Part shown: one piece after another, positions 58,730 to 64,000 of the stretch
Numbering within the stretch: position 1 is the first letter of the stretch
Layout: the number at the start of each line of letters is the position of its first letter
Assembly: GCA_965223865.1 (NCBI GenBank)
Contig: OZ245020.1
Span: 672,001 to 736,000, forward strand
DNA from: Nitrosarchaeum sp.
Lineage (GTDB): Archaea > Thermoproteota > Nitrososphaeria > Nitrososphaerales > Nitrosopumilaceae
Reading direction: 5' to 3'
DNA length: 64,000 nucleotides
Notes under the pieces: model-generated
What the model was told of the DNA's origin: nothing
Seen by the model: the letters and a program-made list of their open reading frames with translations, nothing else
Database searches by the model: none
Made by a program: the position numbers and the translations under genes

Positions 58730-59471
58730 TCTGATAACAATGAACAACTATCATTATCATAACAATAAAAATAACAATAATGGTAGCTGCTATTCAACCG
58801 AAAGAACAATAGAAAATCTGCTTTTTTATAGAAAAAGAATCCACAAAAACTCTACAAGCAGCAATATATTACAATTGTTGTATCCCGACAAAAGTCATAC
58901 AATAAAACAGATAGCATCACAGCTTGACAACAACAATAAATCATATCACTACACAAAAAAGATCATACTAACACTACACTCTAATGGTTATTTGGATGAT
59001 GATTCAAAATCATATGGTAAGTCATACCACCTCTCACAAGTTGGACGATGGTTTGCAATATGTGTTCAGCTTGACAACATTTCGTTTCAGTCCTTGTGCA
59101 TTTTAGCTGAGGCCTACACAAAGATAAAGAGACATCCACGAAGATACTATCTAATATCGAAATTCAGAAATTATTTTGATGAGTCATATGACAAGGAGAG
59201 AAACTGCGCAAGTGCAATCTATAGCTCATCAAATATTCTAAAGTCAATCAAACAACTTGAAGAAAGAAACTTGGCATACTGGACATTTAGAGGAATCTTA
59301 AAGATAAATTCTAAAACTTTTGAGATGTTGTGCAAAAAATATGATGAGGAACTAGAGTCACTGGCTATTTGGAACAACAAGATATTTGATAAATGCAAAG
59401 ATCATTACATTAACAATTTTTCACTAGAAAAAAAGAGACCTGTAATTAGACTAACAGCTGTAGGCAAATAA
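58719..59471 (+). CDS. Winged-helix domain protein (possibly two wHTH)
   Basis: HTIKQIASQL...TKKIILTLHSNGYL...YHLSQVGR and ILKSIKQLEERNL. Confidence 0.6.
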   Translation: MLHDLITMNNYHYHNNKNNNNGSCYSTERTIENLLFYRKRIHKNSTSSNILQLLYPDKSHTIKQIASQLDNNNKSYHYTKKIILTLHSNGYLDDDSKSYGKSYHLSQVGRWFAICVQLDNISFQSLCILAEAYTKIKRHPRRYYLISKFRNYFDESYDKERNCASAIYSSSNILKSIKQLEERNLAYWTFRGILKINSKTFEMLCKKYDEELESLAIWNNKIFDKCKDHYINNFSLEKKRPVIRLTAVGK

Positions 59472-59561
59472 TATCGAAAGGCCCAACTTCATTCCATTTT
59501 TTTTCGGAATGAGTTTGGTCCTTCTTTTGATTTGGTTTTATGATATCTATGATATGAAATA

Positions 59562-60052
59562 GTGGAATTTGACATTACGTTTATCAGAATCATTCTATTG
59601 TTATTGATGTTAGGCATCGCATCATACTTTGATATCAAGACAAGAACTATTCCAGATGTGCTATGGTTGTTTTTTGGTGGATTAGGCACGATTTTGTATG
59701 TTTTTGACTACCAAACTGTGACTTCTTACTATGTTATAGCCATGATTGTGGGCGATTTGCGTCATTTATGATGTGGAGATGGAGGCTGGCTGGAATCGCC
59801 GACATATTAGCAATATTGGCAATGACTGTGATTTTACCTGTTCATTATGAGTTTGTTATGATGCCAATTGCAGTGCTGATTGGTAGTTTTATCATCGCAG
59901 GATTAGTTACTGTAATTCATTACGCTTTATTCCGACTTTGGCATCGCACACCATTATCACAAAATCAGCCCAAACCGCAACCATTTGTAGTGTATCTGTT
60001 CGGGTTTACGATTTTTTTACTATTTCCTGAAGTTCCGGTTATGTTTGCATAA
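59562..60052 (+). pseudogene. A24 prepilin/preflagellin peptidase split by a 1-nt frameshift near 59754
   Basis: First Asp motif ASYFDIKTRTIPD lies in 59562-59771, second motif GIAD in 59768-60052. Adding one base after GTGGGC restores ...IVGGFASFMMWRW... Confidence 0.75.
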
Positions 60053-60132
60053 TACCCTTGTATCATTTTTAAAAAAATTCAATTCTGGCAAGTCTAATCA
60101 ATAAATCTTAAATATAAAACCATCTCACTTGT

Positions 60133-61659
60133 TTGCAAATGAAGTATTATTCTGGTTTGTTGTCTTTTTCTGCAATTATTATGATGATTGGCATGACTGC
60201 ATCTTTTGCTTTCCCTGCTGCGTTTGCAGGAGGCGTTGATTCTCCACTCAAGCAGTTTGTTATGGGAACTGCAGCTGAAGATGTAATATGCAAAAATAAC
60301 TTTCAACTCATGATTCGCTCTTCAGGTGATCCTGCTTGTGTAAAACCAGAATCTGCAACAAAGCTTGCTGATACAGGATGGGGAACCATAGTCGAATCTA
60401 TGAAAAAGATGATGGATGAAGATAAACATCAAGACAGAGACATGATGATGAAACAAGAACAAACAATGGATCGTGATATGACTCACAAACAAAAAGATGG
60501 CATGATGATGAACAAGATAGGAAACATTGATGTCTCAATGTCCCCACCGATTGAAGGTTCTGAAGATGCTTCAGTAACTATAATTGAATTTGGTGATTTC
60601 CAATGTCCAAAGTGTGACCGGTGGTTCCAAAATGAGAAGCCCACCATAAAACAAGATTACATTGACACTGGAAAGGCAAATCTTTACTTTGTTGATTTTC
60701 CATTTTTAGGTGATGACTCTATAACTGCTGCAAATGCATCGTACTGTGCAGATGAACAAGGAAAATACTGGGAGTATCACAGTACATTATACAACAATCA
60801 AGGAGGAATAAATGAAGGATGGGCCTCATCTGCTGCACTCAAAGCATTTGCAATTTCAGTTGGACTAAACCAAAACGAGTTTACTGATTGTTTAGACTCT
60901 GCAAAACATGCAGATAGGATATCTTACAACAAACAAGTTGGCCTAGATCACAATGTAGAAGGAACACCCGTATTTTTCATAGTAGATTCTAATGGAAACT
61001 CAGAGAGAATCGATGGACCACAGCCAGCTGCAATATTTGCAGGTGTGATTGATTCAATGCTTGAGAATACATCATCTTCTATACCAACACCAACATCTGG
61101 AGATACTGCAACACAGATTGGCGGAATTGACATATCCATGGCAGCACCCATTGAAGGCTCACCTGATGCACCATTTACAATAATAGAATTTGGTGACTTT
61201 CAGTGCCCAAAGTGTGACCAGTGGTTCCAAAATGAGAAACCTGATATCGTCAATGATCTGATTTTGACAGATACGGCCAAACTGTACTTTCTTGACTTTA
61301 CTTTTCTAGGTGACGATTCCATAACTGCAGCAAATGCATCATATTGTGCAGACGAACAAGGAAAGTACTGGGAGTATCACTCTCATTTGTACAACAACCA
61401 GGGTGGAATAAACGAGGGTTGGGCAAGTGCAGATAATCTCAAGCAGTTTGCAGCAGATATTGGATTAGATACTGCAGCATTCAATGAATGTCTTGATTCA
61501 GAAAAATACAATGACAGAATAGCACACAACAAGCAAGTTGGCGCATCTCATGGAGTTGAAGGAACGCCAACATTTTTTATTGTAAGTGAAGATGGTACAA
61601 TGGTGGAACGAATTGATGGACCACAACCTGCATCCATATTCATGGACCTGGTAGGCTAA
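60133..61659 (+). CDS. Secreted tandem DsbA-like oxidoreductase with Met-rich linker
   Basis: Signal peptide; PLKQ...C...PACVKP..A.KL...GWG module; two IIEFGDFQCPKC...VEGTP domains 600 bp apart. Confidence 0.88.
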   Translation: MQMKYYSGLLSFSAIIMMIGMTASFAFPAAFAGGVDSPLKQFVMGTAAEDVICKNNFQLMIRSSGDPACVKPESATKLADTGWGTIVESMKKMMDEDKHQDRDMMMKQEQTMDRDMTHKQKDGMMMNKIGNIDVSMSPPIEGSEDASVTIIEFGDFQCPKCDRWFQNEKPTIKQDYIDTGKANLYFVDFPFLGDDSITAANASYCADEQGKYWEYHSTLYNNQGGINEGWASSAALKAFAISVGLNQNEFTDCLDSAKHADRISYNKQVGLDHNVEGTPVFFIVDSNGNSERIDGPQPAAIFAGVIDSMLENTSSSIPTPTSGDTATQIGGIDISMAAPIEGSPDAPFTIIEFGDFQCPKCDQWFQNEKPDIVNDLILTDTAKLYFLDFTFLGDDSITAANASYCADEQGKYWEYHSHLYNNQGGINEGWASADNLKQFAADIGLDTAAFNECLDSEKYNDRIAHNKQVGASHGVEGTPTFFIVSEDGTMVERIDGPQPASIFMDLVG

Positions 61660-61665
61660 AAAAAG

Positions 61666-62181
61666 TTGCACAAGCTGGCACTACAACTAGTCTTTTCAAA
61701 TAAACTGTACACAATATTATCATCTGCAATATTTGTTGGGATGCTCATTCCCTTATCATACATTGCAGAATATCTGTTCTTCAAACCATACTTTGTCTTA
61801 CATGTGGCAGACTATAATGCTCTGGGATTCTTGCTGATAGTTGCAGTATCTGCATTGACTGGACTTGTGATCAGTATGGCCATATACAGAATCAGGATTC
61901 TAAAGTCAAGCAAGAAAAAGATGGGTTCAGGCTTTATTGGTTCGATAATTGGTGCAAGTGCAGGAGCATGCAGTTGTGGTTCCATTGGATTTGCAGTAAT
62001 CTCGGTGTTTGGTGCAATAGGAGGAACAGCTACTGCATTTTTGGCAAACTATGAAATTCCATTGCGTTTGTTATCAATTGCAATATTGGTTGCAACGTAC
62101 TTTTACATGGTAAAGGGACTGACTGCAGAATGCAAGATTGATTTTCAGAAGAATATCAATGAGAAACAATCATCATCATGA
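61666..62181 (+). CDS. Four-TM membrane protein with Cys-x-Cys motif
   Basis: GASAGACSCGS within the TM region; C-terminal ECKI. Confidence 0.7.
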   Translation: MHKLALQLVFSNKLYTILSSAIFVGMLIPLSYIAEYLFFKPYFVLHVADYNALGFLLIVAVSALTGLVISMAIYRIRILKSSKKKMGSGFIGSIIGASAGACSCGSIGFAVISVFGAIGGTATAFLANYEIPLRLLSIAILVATYFYMVKGLTAECKIDFQKNINEKQSSS

Positions 62182-62349
62182 TTTTGTTGTTTAGCCAGTA
62201 TATAAAACAACATAATTATTGTTTTTAGGAATATCAATCCAAAACATTTCTGGATTATCTTGTTTTATCAAAATCTTTGATATGGGTTTTGAGTCATTTT
62301 GGGAACAAAATACTGGAGCCTATCAAACATTCAAAAACAGAGAGGACAG

Positions 62350-64000
62350 ATGGACAAAACTTGGGAATTTCTTGGAATTTTAGATAAATCAACAATCTCG
62401 TGCTGTATGGTTATAGTTCCAATAACAACGGATGTGAAACAGGCCATACTTGCAGCATCAAACATTTCAGGACAGTCATCCAAAAACCCATACAACAATC
62501 CAATCCGCTCCTTTGAGGTTTGGTGGGACAAATCACAAAAACAACTGCAGATAGTACTGTGTTCGCATACAAGAGAAGATCTAGAAAAATTCAAGATGTC
62601 ATTTAATGTAATGTATCCCAATACATCATTTGTAAATTTGAATAGAATAACACCAAAGTGGTATCATCCTACCAAGATACAATACCAAACATTTGATGTT
62701 TCTACATATCATGGCCATTATTCTACTGCTCTTGATAAAACAAATTCTCATCATATCATAACTAGAATTGCAAATACGATACAACTATCTGACAAAGCCT
62801 GGATACAGTTTGTATTTGCACCATACAACTTTACACCATATCTCAAGTTACATCTAAGCAGACTAAATCAAAAGATCAAGACAGTAACTACTAAAAAATA
62901 CAGAACATGGATTGAAGAACTACAAAACAAAAAACCATATGAGAATCCTGAAAACGGTTTGGACTTTTACAATCATTACAAGGAATTGCAATCGAACACA
63001 TCACAAAAGATGCAAGACTCTCACGTCATGATGAGCATAAGAGGATTGGTACAATCAGAAAACAACAACAATTTACCAGAATCAATCTCATCATTTGAAG
63101 ATATAAAATCAAACCATGATCATCTTACCACATACAACTATAACTATTCTAAATTTTACAACATCAAATCAAATAGAGCTGGTTGTCCAATCAGGATAAA
63201 CAACACAAAGAAGAGATTTCAGAGAATCTCCATATTTGAATTAAGATTGCTGCCATCTCCTAGAAAATATCTAGAAAGAGCAATCAAGGACTATTTTGAG
63301 CAGTCCATAATTTTTGGAGAGTACAAAACAAGAAAACCTCTTCCATTTTTGATTTTAAATCCATCAGAATTATCATTATTCATTCACCTACCAAATCCTA
63401 CCATCACTAAAAATCTTCAAATCACAAGAAATGTATCACTACCATCAAAACAGACTAGTAAAATTGGTCTCAATATTGGATATTTCAACAAGATTGAGGC
63501 TAAAAATCAGGAAATTTACGGTGATTTGGTCAAATCAACTGATAATGACTGTGCAGTAATCTCTCCTGAAGATTTCTCTAGACACATCTATTGTGTTGGA
63601 GGAACAGGTGCAGGAAAAACTACTCTGATCAGACAAATTGCAAAACATCTAGAGATTTCAAATCTAAATGAAACATTTCACAATTCATTCATTTATCTAG
63701 ATCCTAAGGGAGATGATTCACTAAAGTTCATACAACAATGCAATGAAGAATCAATTCAAAACAATAATGTACATTTTCTAGATCCAATTGAGACAAACTT
63801 TTCAATTAATCCATTAGAGTTACCAAAGTACAAACCAGATGAAAGGCAACAAGTTGTTTCTAGATATGTAGGATATTTTATGGAAATTCTAAAAGAATGG
63901 TACAACCAACAACAAAGCTTTGTCCAGATGGAGAGAATATTCCGCGTTTTATTGTTTTACATGTATCTGAATAATGATGCACCAACATTTTTGGACATGT
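62350..64000 (+). CDS. VirD4/TrwB/HerA-like P-loop ATPase (conjugative coupling protein-like), 3'-truncated (not in ORF track)
   Basis: Frame +1 is open from 62293 to the window end. RHIYCVGGTGAGKTT (Walker A, about 63580-63624), IYLDPKGD, FSINPLE. Start uncertain (TTG 62299 or ATG 62350). Confidence 0.8.
   Translation, partial: MDKTWEFLGILDKSTISCCMVIVPITTDVKQAILAASNISGQSSKNPYNNPIRSFEVWWDKSQKQLQIVLCSHTREDLEKFKMSFNVMYPNTSFVNLNRITPKWYHPTKIQYQTFDVSTYHGHYSTALDKTNSHHIITRIANTIQLSDKAWIQFVFAPYNFTPYLKLHLSRLNQKIKTVTTKKYRTWIEELQNKKPYENPENGLDFYNHYKELQSNTSQKMQDSHVMMSIRGLVQSENNNNLPESISSFEDIKSNHDHLTTYNYNYSKFYNIKSNRAGCPIRINNTKKRFQRISIFELRLLPSPRKYLERAIKDYFEQSIIFGEYKTRKPLPFLILNPSELSLFIHLPNPTITKNLQITRNVSLPSKQTSKIGLNIGYFNKIEAKNQEIYGDLVKSTDNDCAVISPEDFSRHIYCVGGTGAGKTTLIRQIAKHLEISNLNETFHNSFIYLDPKGDDSLKFIQQCNEESIQNNNVHFLDPIETNFSINPLELPKYKPDERQQVVSRYVGYFMEILKEWYNQQQSFVQMERIFRVLLFYMYLNNDAPTFLDM

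Larger units (their letters stand above)
55143..64000 (+). mobile_element. tRNA-Thr-integrated element (ICE-like, decaying), continuing beyond the window
   Basis: Integrase directly after the tRNA; all genes on the + strand; non-core content (extra TFB, ParB-like, prepilin peptidase, VirD4-like ATPase); two disrupted genes. Confidence 0.8.

Noticed and set aside
62331-62621. 96-aa minus-strand ORF
   Set aside because: Antisense to the long VirD4-like reading frame

Overview
AT-rich chromosomal segment of an ammonia-oxidising archaeon (Nitrososphaerota/Thaumarchaeota, Nitrosopumilaceae-like). Bases 1-55,142 are mostly core genome: translation and cofactor genes (serS, trpS, pheST, valS, rps3ae, rps15, rps11, tbp, acnA, pdxST, purB, rtcB, thiL), six tRNAs (three with introns, two of those with two introns), and the ammonia monooxygenase locus (probable amoZ-amoY, two hypothetical genes, amoB, amoC, amoX, amoA) followed directly by a Dam-family methyltransferase. 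From the 3' end of tRNA-Thr(CGT) at 55,142 to the window end lies the left part of a decaying integrative, probably conjugative, element. It carries a truncated tyrosine integrase, a divergent TFB, a ParB-like protein, a winged-helix protein, a frameshifted prepilin peptidase, a tandem-DsbA protein with a Met-rich linker, a Cys-x-Cys membrane protein and a VirD4/TrwB-like ATPase that runs off the end. Features outside the ORF track include a candidate box C/D sRNA, a two-hairpin H/ACA-like RNA, other structured intergenic tracts, three small ORFs, a frameshifted alcohol dehydrogenase, and a GATC-containing motif upstream of every amo gene. All product calls come from motif recognition by eye; no searches were run.
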